A DNA stretch of 64,000 bases from a virus, in IMG/VR virus record IMGVR_UViG_3300037511_000359. One strand, 5' to 3'. Of this stretch, positions 35,449 through 44,086 are shown piece after piece. Position numbers and translations under genes: made by a program. The notes below the pieces were generated by a model. The model made no database searches, was not told the origin of the DNA, and worked only from the letters and a program-made list of their open reading frames with translations. Positions within the stretch are counted from its first letter, which is position 1. Each line of letters opens with the position of its first letter.

Positions 35449-35595
35449 ATGAACGACACCAACGACACCAGCAACATCGAGCACCTCCTCATCCTCGCCC
35501 TGCGCGAGGCAGCCTTCCGCGCGTTCATCGACGACCCGCAGCGCTACGGCGCGCCAGCCGTGCGGTTCCTACGCGCGTCGCAGCGGTACGTGTGA
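35449..35595 (+). CDS. 48-aa microprotein (leaderless)
   Basis: Hand translation MNDTNDTSNIEHLLILALREAAFRAF...; below the ORF-track cutoff. Confidence 0.6.
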   Translation: MNDTNDTSNIEHLLILALREAAFRAFIDDPQRYGAPAVRFLRASQRYV

Positions 35596-36068
35596 GCGCG
35601 GAGCGGAGGGGGATCATGAACGCGAACGACCGAGCTGCGCAGGCGCTTCTCGTCCTGCGCGCGGACATCGACGCCGGAGCGCCCGGCGATCATCGCACGG
35701 CGGCGCTCGGCGCGCTGCTGGAGTTGTGGGCAGCGAGCGAGCCGGAGGACTGGCTGCGCGTCGCGGTCGCCGAGCTGTGGCGCTGGCGCGGCGACAGCGC
35801 CGCGCTTCGTGTGCTCGTCGACGACTGCCTGCGGAGCGTGTCGCTGGCGCTCGTCGCGGAGGCTGCTCCGCGACGCACGACGATCTTGCCGCCTGCGTCG
35901 GGCGACGAGGAGCGCGAGGAGCGAGCCGCTGCGCGTGCGACGCTGGAGAGCATCGAGGTGCGCGGCGAGGACTGGGGCGCGGTCGCGGCGTGCAGTACGA
36001 TGCCGGCGAGCGCGGAGTGGTTCGAGGCGGAGCGGAGGTTGGCGATGGGAGGAGGGCTTCGGCTGTGA
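35592..36068 (+). CDS. hypothetical protein
   Basis: Coupled ORF; start may be 35616. Confidence 0.55.
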   Translation: MSAERRGIMNANDRAAQALLVLRADIDAGAPGDHRTAALGALLELWAASEPEDWLRVAVAELWRWRGDSAALRVLVDDCLRSVSLALVAEAAPRRTTILPPASGDEEREERAAARATLESIEVRGEDWGAVAACSTMPASAEWFEAERRLAMGGGLRL

Positions 36069-36334
36069 AGCGGAATGATCAGGACGAACCGTCACTGCGG
36101 CGTATTCTAGCGACGAACGTCGTGCGCTGGGGCGGCGAGACAACGGCATGGGATCTGGCTCGCACCGATGGGTGGCGGATGCGCGGTCCGTCGCATCACG
36201 ACCGCGGCTTATGCGCCGGAGACATTGAGCACGATACGTGTACGATGTGGTGGTTGTGCAAGGGCTGCGGGCTGGTCGGTCCGTACTCGATTGTCGACCA
36301 CCGTCCGCGCGTCGGACCGGAAGGCGACCGATGA
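36065..36334 (+). CDS. hypothetical protein with Cys/His motif
   Basis: GTGA/ATGA coupling; CKGCG. Confidence 0.5.
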   Translation: MKRNDQDEPSLRRILATNVVRWGGETTAWDLARTDGWRMRGPSHHDRGLCAGDIEHDTCTMWWLCKGCGLVGPYSIVDHRPRVGPEGDR

Positions 36335-36705
36335 AGCGAACGAAGCGCAGTGTGTGGCACGACCGCGACGTCGTGGTGCTCGCGTCGCAGCGCGGTAGAC
36401 CGAGGTCGTGTCCGCAGTGGCTTTGGCACTGGACGACGCCGAAGCGCGAAGACGGCTCCGTGCGCACCAGGGCGAACGGGTGGAGCGGCGGAAGAGACCG
36501 CGACAAGCCTCGGAAGTCCTGGTACCGGCTTCACGCACGAGCTCGATCGCTTGGAGGCATCGCGCAGTACGATCTGCGCGGGCCGTGGACCGCGTACGTG
36601 GTCGAGGATGGGCTCGTTACGACGGTCATGCCGCGCGCGTTCGTGCGGCGATGCGCGGCGAAGCGATGGGTCGAGGTCGAGTCAGCGAGGAGGAGCGCGC
36701 GATGA
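36331..36705 (+). CDS. hypothetical protein
   Basis: C-terminal RRCAAKRWVE motif. Confidence 0.55.
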   Translation: MKRTKRSVWHDRDVVVLASQRGRPRSCPQWLWHWTTPKREDGSVRTRANGWSGGRDRDKPRKSWYRLHARARSLGGIAQYDLRGPWTAYVVEDGLVTTVMPRAFVRRCAAKRWVEVESARRSAR

Positions 36706-36992
36706 ACACGGCGAAAGAGTGGGCGGAGAGCGTGGTTACCGAAAGCGCGTGGATCGGGGATAGCGAGGCGGCCGTGGCGATGTGTCAAGCGTCGCAGGTG
36801 GAGAAGGCTCGCGCCATCATCGAGCGCCTCGTCGAGCGCGTGCAGGCGGATGCGCGTGCGCCGCTGGAAGAGGAGATCACGCGACTGCGCGCTGAGAACG
36901 AGCGACTCAGCGCGGAACTCCGCGAGTTCGTCGCCGTCGAGAACAACATACGCGCGGAGGAACACGAGCAGATCAGGAAGGCGAACCAGTGA
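36702..36992 (+). CDS. hypothetical coiled-coil protein
   Basis: ATGA coupling. Confidence 0.6.
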   Translation: MNTAKEWAESVVTESAWIGDSEAAVAMCQASQVEKARAIIERLVERVQADARAPLEEEITRLRAENERLSAELREFVAVENNIRAEEHEQIRKANQ

Positions 36993-37240
36993 GCGTAGAA
37001 AAGCACAAGGTGACGGTGTACGCGCCGGTGACGTTCGAGATCACTTTCGAGCAGGTAGAGGCTTACATGATTCGCCTTGGGTGGTTCAAGGCCGACTACC
37101 GATGCCGCATCTACGAGCACCCGAACTGCGGCAAGTTGCGTGTCTACGTACCACTAAGCAACGCCGTGATGAGACTTGCCGCGTTTGAGGATCGTGAGGC
37201 TGCCGATGTGCTCGCGGACATCGCGCAGGGGCAGCCGTGA
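36989..37240 (+). CDS. hypothetical protein
   Basis: GTGA coupling. Confidence 0.6.
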   Translation: MSVEKHKVTVYAPVTFEITFEQVEAYMIRLGWFKADYRCRIYEHPNCGKLRVYVPLSNAVMRLAAFEDREAADVLADIAQGQP

Positions 37241-37499
37241 CGCCCCTCGCCCTCTTCCGCGTCGAACCAACATCGCACCGCGACGTGCTCGCATTACGCG
37301 ACTACGCCGACGGCACCGGAGACTTCGGACCCGTGCGAATCCCGGTGCGCTCGACATGCGCGCGGGCGAACTCGGGCTCATACTTGGGGTGAGCAGCGTC
37401 GACGTGATGTACCTGGAGCAGGGGTCGATGACGCTGAGCGAAAAGGACTGGGCGCGCGTTTTCGAGGCGGTGCGCGCGGTGAGGAAGGGGCGAGGATGA
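37237..37499 (+). pseudogene. probable frameshifted HTH protein
   Basis: GTG-started frame (MTPLALFRVEP...) stops early; an HTH-like C-half (ALDMRAGELGLILGVSSVDVMYLEQG) lies in another frame. Confidence 0.4.
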
Positions 37500-37819
37500 T
37501 GATGGACAGCGGCGAGATACGAATCACGGTCAACGAGGATGCGCAAATCGTTATCAGGCACGACATCAAGGGCTCGCACATCGATCCGGTCGTGTGCTCG
37601 CGGTCGAATAGCCTGGAGATCGCCAAGGCGGTGCTTCACAACAGGAGGATCGACGAAGCGAAGTCGGTTCCGACATGTCCACTGACTTCGGCGGAGTACG
37701 AGTACATGCTGAATGCGCTGCGACTCGCAAAGGAAGGCGCTCCGTTCCCCTTCGGCGGATGGTTGCCCGTTGCCGACTCGCTGATGAGCAAACTTGCGTC
37801 GCTCCGAGGTGCGCCATGA
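37496..37819 (+). CDS. hypothetical protein
   Basis: ATGA coupling. Confidence 0.6.
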   Translation: MMMDSGEIRITVNEDAQIVIRHDIKGSHIDPVVCSRSNSLEIAKAVLHNRRIDEAKSVPTCPLTSAEYEYMLNALRLAKEGAPFPFGGWLPVADSLMSKLASLRGAP

Positions 37820-37971
37820 TCCGCGACTTCATCGACCGAAACCTCGGCGACGTCGTCGGCGCGCTCTGCGTGACCGGCATCGGCGCACTGTTCCTGCTGT
37901 GCTGCATCGGTCGTGTCGTCGTCGCGGTAGCGCAGGACATCGCTGGGTCGGCGAGGAGGATGTGGGAGTGA
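37816..37971 (+). CDS. single-TM microprotein
   Basis: MIRDFIDRNLGDVVGALCVTGIGALFLLCCIG... Confidence 0.5.
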   Translation: MIRDFIDRNLGDVVGALCVTGIGALFLLCCIGRVVVAVAQDIAGSARRMWE

Positions 37972-38216
37972 GACGGACAACGGATCTGGAGTGCTTGGCC
38001 GAGGTCGCGAAGTGCTGGTCGAGACCTGCGGTCTTGCACGCTGGAAGAGCCCAGCGCGGACTCGCGCTCATCGACACCGCGCTTGTGCGCGGGCTGCGTG
38101 AGTGGTCGAAGGCCAAGGCAGACGGGAGCGACCATCTCATGCCCGCGCTCGGATTGGTCGCCGAGGCCATGCTACCGAGCGTCGCGCGCAGAGCGCGAAG
38201 GAGGCTGGGACTGTGA
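37968..38216 (+). CDS. hypothetical protein
   Basis: GTGA coupling at both ends. Confidence 0.5.
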   Translation: MRRTTDLECLAEVAKCWSRPAVLHAGRAQRGLALIDTALVRGLREWSKAKADGSDHLMPALGLVAEAMLPSVARRARRRLGL

Positions 38217-38473
38217 CAGAAGCAGAAGAGCAGATCTACATCGACGGCCAGCGTCAGGCGCTGCTTAGCATCATGAAGCGGTGCGCGGCGGAACTCGGCG
38301 TCAAGGACGCGCTGTCTGAACTGGCGTGCCTACTCGACGAGCGAGAGCGTACTCGTGCGAGATTGCGTGAGGTGTGCGAGTTGCTGGAGTCGAACGACTG
38401 GCCGGACAACGCCGACCTGGCTAACGTCGTCGAGAAGCACGTCCTGCCGCACGTGGAGGACGCGGTTTCGTGA
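38213..38473 (+). CDS. hypothetical protein
   Basis: GTGA coupling. Confidence 0.6.
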   Translation: MTEAEEQIYIDGQRQALLSIMKRCAAELGVKDALSELACLLDERERTRARLREVCELLESNDWPDNADLANVVEKHVLPHVEDAVS

Positions 38474-39132
38474 GCCCCGACGCCGCCCCCTGGCACGCGC
38501 ACACGCCGAACCCGACCGGCCCCGTGCGCTGTCCTGCGTGCCGTCGTCTCGCAGCGCACACTGCGCAGGGCTACCTCTGCGTCTGCGGTGCGAAGGAGCA
38601 CGCGGGCGAGCCCATCGCGCCGCTCATCGGCGAGCTCGCTGCGGCGCAGGCCGATGCGGCGCACGCGCACGACGCGCTCCGGTCTCTGCCGCGCATCGGC
38701 GTCGCGGTGCTGCTGCGCGCGGGCCCGCGGCTGCTCGTCGGGCTGCGGCGCGGCGAGTACGGCGGCGGGTCGTGGAGCGTCCCCGGCGGGAAGCTCGAGC
38801 GCGGAGAGACGCCGCTCGCGTGCGCGGTGCGCGAGCTCGCGGAGGAGACGGGGATCGAGGGCGTCGAGCTGCGGATGCTGGCGCTGTCGGACGCAGCGGA
38901 GCGCGGCGTCGCGCTCGTGTCGACGTACGATGGTGGTCACGCGACGTGGCCGGACTACGTCACGCTGTGGGCCGTCGGCGAGGTCGACGAGCTTGTCCAC
39001 GCGCGCGTGCTCGAACCGGAGAAGTGCGCCGAGTGGCGCTGGGTCACGCGCGAGGAGATGCCTACGCCGCTGTTCAGGTGCTGCGCGACGTTGCTGGCGA
39101 GCGGCGTGGATCCATGGGGCGTCGATCTGTAG
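38470..39132 (+). CDS. Nudix hydrolase with N-terminal Zn ribbon
   Basis: Complete Nudix box GGKLERGETPLACAVRELAEETGI; N-terminal CPAC...CVCG. Confidence 0.88.
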   Translation: MSPDAAPWHAHTPNPTGPVRCPACRRLAAHTAQGYLCVCGAKEHAGEPIAPLIGELAAAQADAAHAHDALRSLPRIGVAVLLRAGPRLLVGLRRGEYGGGSWSVPGGKLERGETPLACAVRELAEETGIEGVELRMLALSDAAERGVALVSTYDGGHATWPDYVTLWAVGEVDELVHARVLEPEKCAEWRWVTREEMPTPLFRCCATLLASGVDPWGVDL

Positions 39133-39160
39133 TTGACACGCGAGGCGAACGTGTTACTTT
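39133..39160 (+). promoter_or_regulatory. leaderless promoter, class A
   Basis: TTGACA-N16(ending CGTGT)-TACTTT-N6-ATG(39167). Confidence 0.7.
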
Positions 39161-39166
39161 AGCTTC

Positions 39167-39370
39167 ATGAACAGCGAGCGACCCGCCAGCGGAGACACTG
39201 TGAAGTACGACGGAGTGCCTGATCTTACGGGCGTCGTTCTCGAGACGTTCTACAGGAACGGAAACGGGATGCATGTGTACTGGACCCAGAGCGGGCGTTC
39301 GTGGCCCAGTTGGGCGCCCTGTAACCGCGTGACCGTGGTGAAGCGCGCCGCGCAGACGGAGGCGACGTGA
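39167..39370 (+). CDS. small SH3-like hypothetical protein (leaderless)
   Basis: GDTVKY...TGVVLE...VYW pattern. Confidence 0.6.
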   Translation: MNSERPASGDTVKYDGVPDLTGVVLETFYRNGNGMHVYWTQSGRSWPSWAPCNRVTVVKRAAQTEAT

Positions 39371-39600
39371 CCGACCAACAGATGCGCGACGACATCCTGC
39401 GCGACCACCTCCGTCGCATCGACGAGTGCATCAACGCAGCGCGCGAGCACGAGTACTTTGCCTGCGTGGAGCGAGACGCGACGCTGTCGCAGGAGCACGT
39501 CGTGTTGGCGACGCAATGCCGCAGGCGAGCGGCACACTACGAGCAGGCGATCGCGCTGATCGTGGCTGCGCCGATGCCGCCGACCGAGGTGCCGCGATGA
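39367..39600 (+). CDS. hypothetical protein
   Basis: GTGA coupling. Confidence 0.6.
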   Translation: MTDQQMRDDILRDHLRRIDECINAAREHEYFACVERDATLSQEHVVLATQCRRRAAHYEQAIALIVAAPMPPTEVPR

Positions 39601-39899
39601 CCAGCGCTGAACTACTGCGGCGCGCCGCGGAACTCGTGATTGCGTTCGGCCTGGAGGTCGCCGACACGACCGCGCAGGAACTTCGCGACATGACGACGCG
39701 CGGCGAGTCGTTCCTCGTGCTGTGGCCGCTACCGTCTCGACGCGACGCGATCGAGCTGTCCGTCGTTCGCCGAACGGACGGGCTGCGCACGTCGGTGAAG
39801 CCGATGGTGGGTCGACTCGATGTGACCGACGCGCGCCGCGCTCACCTGCTGTACGGCCGCGTGATCGACCTGGCGGAACAGATCGAGGCCATGCGATGA
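39597..39899 (+). CDS. hypothetical protein
   Basis: ATGA coupling. Confidence 0.55.
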   Translation: MTSAELLRRAAELVIAFGLEVADTTAQELRDMTTRGESFLVLWPLPSRRDAIELSVVRRTDGLRTSVKPMVGRLDVTDARRAHLLYGRVIDLAEQIEAMR

Positions 39900-40165
39900 T
39901 CCTCGCCGCCGAGATCTGCCTGTGCTGCGTACGCGCACGATGGACGGGAACGTGCGCGCGTGATCGCAAACTCCCGAATGATGCGCCCATGACCACGATG
40001 ACCGACGACGAGTGGCAGCGCACGCGCTCGCTGCGTCGTGACCTAGTGCGCATGGTTGGTCTGCTGCGTTGGTGGGAGATGACGATCGAGGCGTGCGACG
40101 CAGCAGTGCGTGACGCGGAGGTGCGCGGTACGGAGACAGTAGCGCGGGAGGTGATGGGGCGATGA
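39896..40165 (+). CDS. hypothetical protein
   Basis: ATGA coupling. Confidence 0.5.
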   Translation: MILAAEICLCCVRARWTGTCARDRKLPNDAPMTTMTDDEWQRTRSLRRDLVRMVGLLRWWEMTIEACDAAVRDAEVRGTETVAREVMGR

Positions 40166-40404
40166 CTGCTGTCGAGGCATTGGAGCAGATGGCGACCGAC
40201 TTCGAGCGCGACGCGAAGGGGCTCCTGACGCTGGCCGCTCAGGAGTCGAAGGCGCGGCGCGGGTTGTACAACGCATCGGCGGTGGCTGCGTCGGCGTCGT
40301 TCGAGAACGACCTGCGCGTGAAGGCGGCGAGCATCGAAGGATGCGCGCGGCGGCTGCGGGATCGGGCGAGTGCGATGCGCAGCGGCGCGACGGAGGCGGC
40401 GTAG
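40162..40404 (+). CDS. hypothetical protein
   Basis: ATGA coupling. Confidence 0.6.
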   Translation: MTAVEALEQMATDFERDAKGLLTLAAQESKARRGLYNASAVAASASFENDLRVKAASIEGCARRLRDRASAMRSGATEAA

Positions 40405-40770
40405 ATGGGAAGGCCTATCATCAAGCTAAACGACGGCGAATGTGACTGGTACATGGAGTGGAGTACCTTCAGCGACGGTCCAGCGTCGTGGGGTATGACA
40501 CTGGACGAGTTCAAGAAGTACTACCGTAAGCGTATCGTCGAAGAAGGGATGCGCGAACTCGACAAGCGACTGAAGCGGGTCGAGGCCATCGGGACGAGTT
40601 CGATGGTCGACGGCAACGCAGACGACACGATCATGCCGAACCGCGCCGGCAAGAACGAGACCGAGCTGACGAAAGATCAGATCGTCGAGTACTATTGTCG
40701 CAGCAGACCGAAGAAGGGCGAAGCCGTCGCGGAGCCCCCGATGGGCAAGCGGCGCAGGCGAGACGGGTAG
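40405..40770 (+). CDS. hypothetical protein
   Basis: YMEWSTFSDGP...RLKRVEAIGTSS...NRAG; charged 121-aa ORF. Confidence 0.7.
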   Translation: MGRPIIKLNDGECDWYMEWSTFSDGPASWGMTLDEFKKYYRKRIVEEGMRELDKRLKRVEAIGTSSMVDGNADDTIMPNRAGKNETELTKDQIVEYYCRSRPKKGEAVAEPPMGKRRRRDG

Positions 40771-40823
40771 ACGCGGAGGCTCTGGTGATTGCCCCGCCGC
40801 GCGCCGCGTACCATACTTTGCCA

Positions 40824-41213
40824 ATGTCCAGCATCAGAAACGCCATTGCCAGCGCGCGCACCGCGACCCGAAAAGCCACGCGCCACACGTCGTGGCGGTC
40901 GACCGCGGGCGCGGCGTCGACGGCCGCAATCGTCCTGTTCGGATTCTTCTACGAACGCATTTTCAAGGACCCGCTGCCGGCGGACGTGCGCGACGCGCTT
41001 GTGCTGCTGTTCGCGACCGCGGTCACGTGGTGGGGCGCATCGACGCGCGACAACCGCGTGAGCAGCGAGGACGTCGGCATCAAGGGCCGCGTCGTCGGCG
41101 AGATCGTCGAGGGTAGCGCGATCAAGCTTGCCGAGCCTGTCGAGGTCGTCGAGCCCGAACCGCAGACGACGCCGGATCCGGCGGTCGCCGCGAAACCGAC
41201 GGAGCCCGCGTGA
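40824..41213 (+). CDS. holin-like 2-TM membrane protein
   Basis: Basic N-terminus, two TM helices, acidic Pro-rich tail; CATACT -10-like element 6 nt upstream. Confidence 0.5.
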   Translation: MSSIRNAIASARTATRKATRHTSWRSTAGAASTAAIVLFGFFYERIFKDPLPADVRDALVLLFATAVTWWGASTRDNRVSSEDVGIKGRVVGEIVEGSAIKLAEPVEVVEPEPQTTPDPAVAAKPTEPA

Positions 41214-41638
41214 CCCGCGTCGCGCTCGCTGTCGTCTGCGCGTTCGCGCTCCTCGCAGGCTGCGCGCACCCGCTGACGCCAGCGATCACCGTGCTGAACA
41301 CGTCCGGCGCGTTTCTGACGACCGCGCACGGCGCGATGGTCGCCGCGCAGGATGCGGAGGCTGCGCGCGCGAGCGCTGCTGCGCCGGATGAGGCGAGCGC
41401 CGAGCGAGCCGAGGACGCGACGGAGGCGCGCTACGCGCCTTGGTGGGACGCGTACCGCGGCGCGTGGCTCGTCTGGGTTGCGGGGCGCGCGAGCGTCGAG
41501 GCTGCGTCGGCGGCGCGTGCTGCGGGGCAGGATCCGAAGCTCGAGAAGGTGCGAGCGGTGGTGCTGCGTCTGGTCGCGGCGCAGGAGCGGCTGAGAGATG
41601 CGACGGAGGCGCTGATCGGCGCGAGGGAGGGGCGATGA
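41210..41638 (+). CDS. lipoprotein
   Basis: Signal peptide with LAGC lipobox; Ala-rich helical body. Confidence 0.65.
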   Translation: MTRVALAVVCAFALLAGCAHPLTPAITVLNTSGAFLTTAHGAMVAAQDAEAARASAAAPDEASAERAEDATEARYAPWWDAYRGAWLVWVAGRASVEAASAARAAGQDPKLEKVRAVVLRLVAAQERLRDATEALIGAREGR

Positions 41639-41814
41639 GCGCGTATCGGACGGCGGCAGTTCGCGAGGCAGAGCCAACGCGATCGCTGTGGTGTAGGCTC
41701 GGGCGGCATCGCATGCAGTATGCGCATCCGGTGATCTTGATGGGCGGGTACATCGGGTATCGGTACGAGTGCAATCGCGCTGGGTGCTGCGCGTTCGAGG
41801 AGCGATGGTCATGA
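41635..41814 (+). CDS. small Cys/His protein
   Basis: LWCRLGRH...YECNRAGC pattern. Confidence 0.5.
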   Translation: MSAYRTAAVREAEPTRSLWCRLGRHRMQYAHPVILMGGYIGYRYECNRAGCCAFEERWS

Positions 41815-41917
41815 AGGTCAAGTGCTGGGTGTGCTGGGGCGATGGATTCGTTGTAGGTCCGTTGTGGACATCGCCGTGTCCGAATCCTCGATGCGTTCAC
41901 AGAGTGAGGCGCTCTAG

Positions 41918-42172
41918 ATGAGCACCGACCGCGACACCCGCGCCGACGCGCTGCGCCTCGCGATCGAAGCCGCCTCGATCCTGGGTCCGCCCGCGGTCGC
42001 GGCGATCGCCCGCACCGTGCGCGCTGAGTGGCCCGAGCTCATCGCGGACCTCGAGCGTGCGCTGGAGAGCGAGCCGCCACCGATCGGACCGACGCCGCCG
42101 AGCGCGGAGGCAGCGCGCGAGTTCTTGCGGTCGCAGCGCGTGGCGCGTCGTCGCGATAGGTTCAGGCGCTGA
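41918..42172 (+). CDS. hypothetical protein
   Basis: Coupled ORF. Confidence 0.55.
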   Translation: MSTDRDTRADALRLAIEAASILGPPAVAAIARTVRAEWPELIADLERALESEPPPIGPTPPSAEAAREFLRSQRVARRRDRFRR

Positions 42173-42314
42173 TGCGCTGGGCATGGATCTGCATGGCCGT
42201 CATCGTCGCGCCGGGTGTCGTCGCTGCGGTCGCGCTGGCGTTGCGATGGTGCGGGTGAGCGCTTCGCGACGGATAGGACTTTGTTAAGTCTGTTGGTTAA
42301 GTACATGTAGGTAA

Positions 42315-42947
42315 GTGAGCGAGGAGACGAGGATGAGCAGGCGAACCGAGCGGATGAGCATCGCGATGGACGGGCGCGGCATGGTCGTGCCGTGGCACGA
42401 GGCGGAATCTCACTTGCGCGCGCGTCGCGTCGTTGCGCATCCAATGGCTGAGGTTCTGCGATGCGATGTCGGACGTGACGAAGCGCGCGGACCGTTCGGC
42501 TCGACCGTCGTCAGCCTCACCGTCGAACTCGGCGACGAGCACCTTCCGGACGTCGACCGAGGAGTCGGCGATGCGGGCGGCGCACGCGATCGAGCAATCG
42601 CGTATGCGGCGCGCGAGCTGACGAAGCAAGGCGACCCGCAGGCCGTTATCGAAGCGCTGCTTCGGCACTACGTTGCGTGTCCTGAGGACCTCGGTCGCGC
42701 GCTGCGGCACGACCCGGGCAGCGTGATCTCGACCGAGTTGCGCGACCGCATCGCGCGTTCGTTCGGTCTGGTCGAGCCGGCGTTGCCGAAGTGGGTCGTC
42801 GAGGGCGCGCTGGTGAAGTGCGATGCGTGGGGGCGCGAGGAGCACGCGACGGTCGCGCGCGTCGATGCGCACGGCGTGTCGTTCGTCGGTGAGAACGCGC
42901 CGCTGCCGGCGGGTGTGTTCCTGGTAATGGGCTGGGGCCCGGCGTGA
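42315..42947 (+). CDS. hypothetical protein
   Basis: 210-aa ORF after an AT-rich intergenic patch. Confidence 0.6.
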   Translation: MSEETRMSRRTERMSIAMDGRGMVVPWHEAESHLRARRVVAHPMAEVLRCDVGRDEARGPFGSTVVSLTVELGDEHLPDVDRGVGDAGGARDRAIAYAARELTKQGDPQAVIEALLRHYVACPEDLGRALRHDPGSVISTELRDRIARSFGLVEPALPKWVVEGALVKCDAWGREEHATVARVDAHGVSFVGENAPLPAGVFLVMGWGPA

Positions 42948-43504
42948 CCACCGCGCCCTGGCACGCCCCACCGCACGCGTACGCGGGCGTCGGCTCGCGC
43001 GACTGCCCCACCGACATCCTCGACATCATGCGCCGCATCGCAGCCGCGCTCGCGCGTCTCGGTTGGGCGATGCGGTCAGGTGGCGCTCCGGGCGCCGACA
43101 GCGCGTTCGAGGCGGGCGCACGCGAGGCCGGCGGTCGCATCGGGCTGTACCTGCCGTGGCGCGGATTCGAGGGGCGCACGCGCGACGTCGTACTGCACGA
43201 GGCGACGGCGCGCGCGTGGGAGATGGCGCCGCGGTTCCACCCGGGCTGGGACCGCCTCGGTCGCGGCGCGCGGGCGCTGTACGCGCGGAACGTGCATCAG
43301 GTACTTGGGGCGACGTGCGACAACCCCGTGTCGTTCGTCGTGTGCTGGACACGCGAGGGCGCGGCGACCGCGGCAGAGACCGTCGGGCATCGAGGCGGGA
43401 CGCTGACCGCGATCCGTGTCGCCGACTGGGCCAGCGTCGCTGTGTACAATCTGCGGCGCGACAACCATCGCGCGATGTGGACTTCGATGCTTGACGCCGC
43501 TTGA
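42944..43504 (+). CDS. SLOG-superfamily (DprA/Smf/YspA-like) protein
   Basis: YAGVGSRDCP, RSGGAPGADSAFEAGA, LYLPW, ARNVHQVLG, GGTLTAIRVA motifs. Confidence 0.8.
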   Translation: MTTAPWHAPPHAYAGVGSRDCPTDILDIMRRIAAALARLGWAMRSGGAPGADSAFEAGAREAGGRIGLYLPWRGFEGRTRDVVLHEATARAWEMAPRFHPGWDRLGRGARALYARNVHQVLGATCDNPVSFVVCWTREGAATAAETVGHRGGTLTAIRVADWASVAVYNLRRDNHRAMWTSMLDAA

Positions 43505-43518
43505 TGTGCGGCTATCGT
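43491..43518 (+). promoter_or_regulatory. promoter with no downstream start codon
   Basis: TTGACG-N16-TATCGT, same geometry as the other accessory-region promoters. Confidence 0.6.
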
Positions 43519-43524
43519 TACAGC

Positions 43525-43772
43525 ATAAGCTCGGCGTACACCGAGCGGCCGGCTCTGTACGGAGCGCGCGCCAGACCTGGGCCAGAAGCTTGGGCATGCC
43601 GGTGGAAGTCCGGCGCTCTTGAATGTGGCCGGTTCGAGTCCGGCAGTCGCGAGTACCGGTGGCAGGCTCGTTTCCTGCCGATGGCGAGAGGGGCGTGGGC
43701 CCAGTCACTTGGAGGCCGGGAAGAGTGATCAGCGTAGGGCTCGGCGGGCGACCTCCGGGCCCTACGTTTTTT
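43525..43772 (+). ncRNA. candidate structured non-coding RNA with two tandem T-loop-like hairpins
   Basis: Own promoter; hairpins at 43529-46, 43552-65, GCCGG-TGGAAGT-CCGGC (43598-614), GCCGG-TTCGAGT-CCGGC (43628-644), 43661-79; ends in an intrinsic terminator; no convincing ORF. Confidence 0.5.
43732..43772 (+). terminator. Rho-independent terminator
   Basis: CGTAGGGC...GCCCTACG stem followed by TTTTTT; lies between convergent units. Confidence 0.8.
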
Positions 43773-43781
43773 CTTACCCCA

Positions 43782-44030
43782 CTACAGTTCCTCGTCCGGC
43801 GTGTTGTTGACGCGCCGCGCGCGCTCCGCGTCCTCGAGCTCCTCGTCCGCGATGTGTCCTGCGACGAGCCGGCTGTACACATTGCCGTCGCGCGTGTACC
43901 CGCAGCGCGCTTCGACACGCTCGCGTGTCTCCGCGCACCATCCTGCACGGTCGTTTCGCAGGAACCCGCGGCGGCGCATGTGCGCGAGGAGGTCGGCGTC
44001 CTTCACTGCGTCGAGTTTGGTGTCGATCAT
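43782..44030 (-). CDS. hypothetical protein
   Basis: GGAG RBS; only clear minus-strand gene of the accessory region; has its own promoter. Confidence 0.65.
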   Translation of the reverse strand: MIDTKLDAVKDADLLAHMRRRGFLRNDRAGWCAETRERVEARCGYTRDGNVYSRLVAGHIADEELEDAERARRVNNTPDEEL

Positions 44031-44086
44031 GGTTCTCCGTAGCGGCTCGTCGCGGCGCGCGACGGCGAACGCTCTCCCACGCTAGC

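Noticed and set aside
43567-43652. Canonical tRNA gene
   Set aside because: Perfect T-arm, but the acceptor pairs at only 5 of 7 positions, there is no D-arm consensus and no anticodon loop with U33; kept only as an ncRNA candidate.
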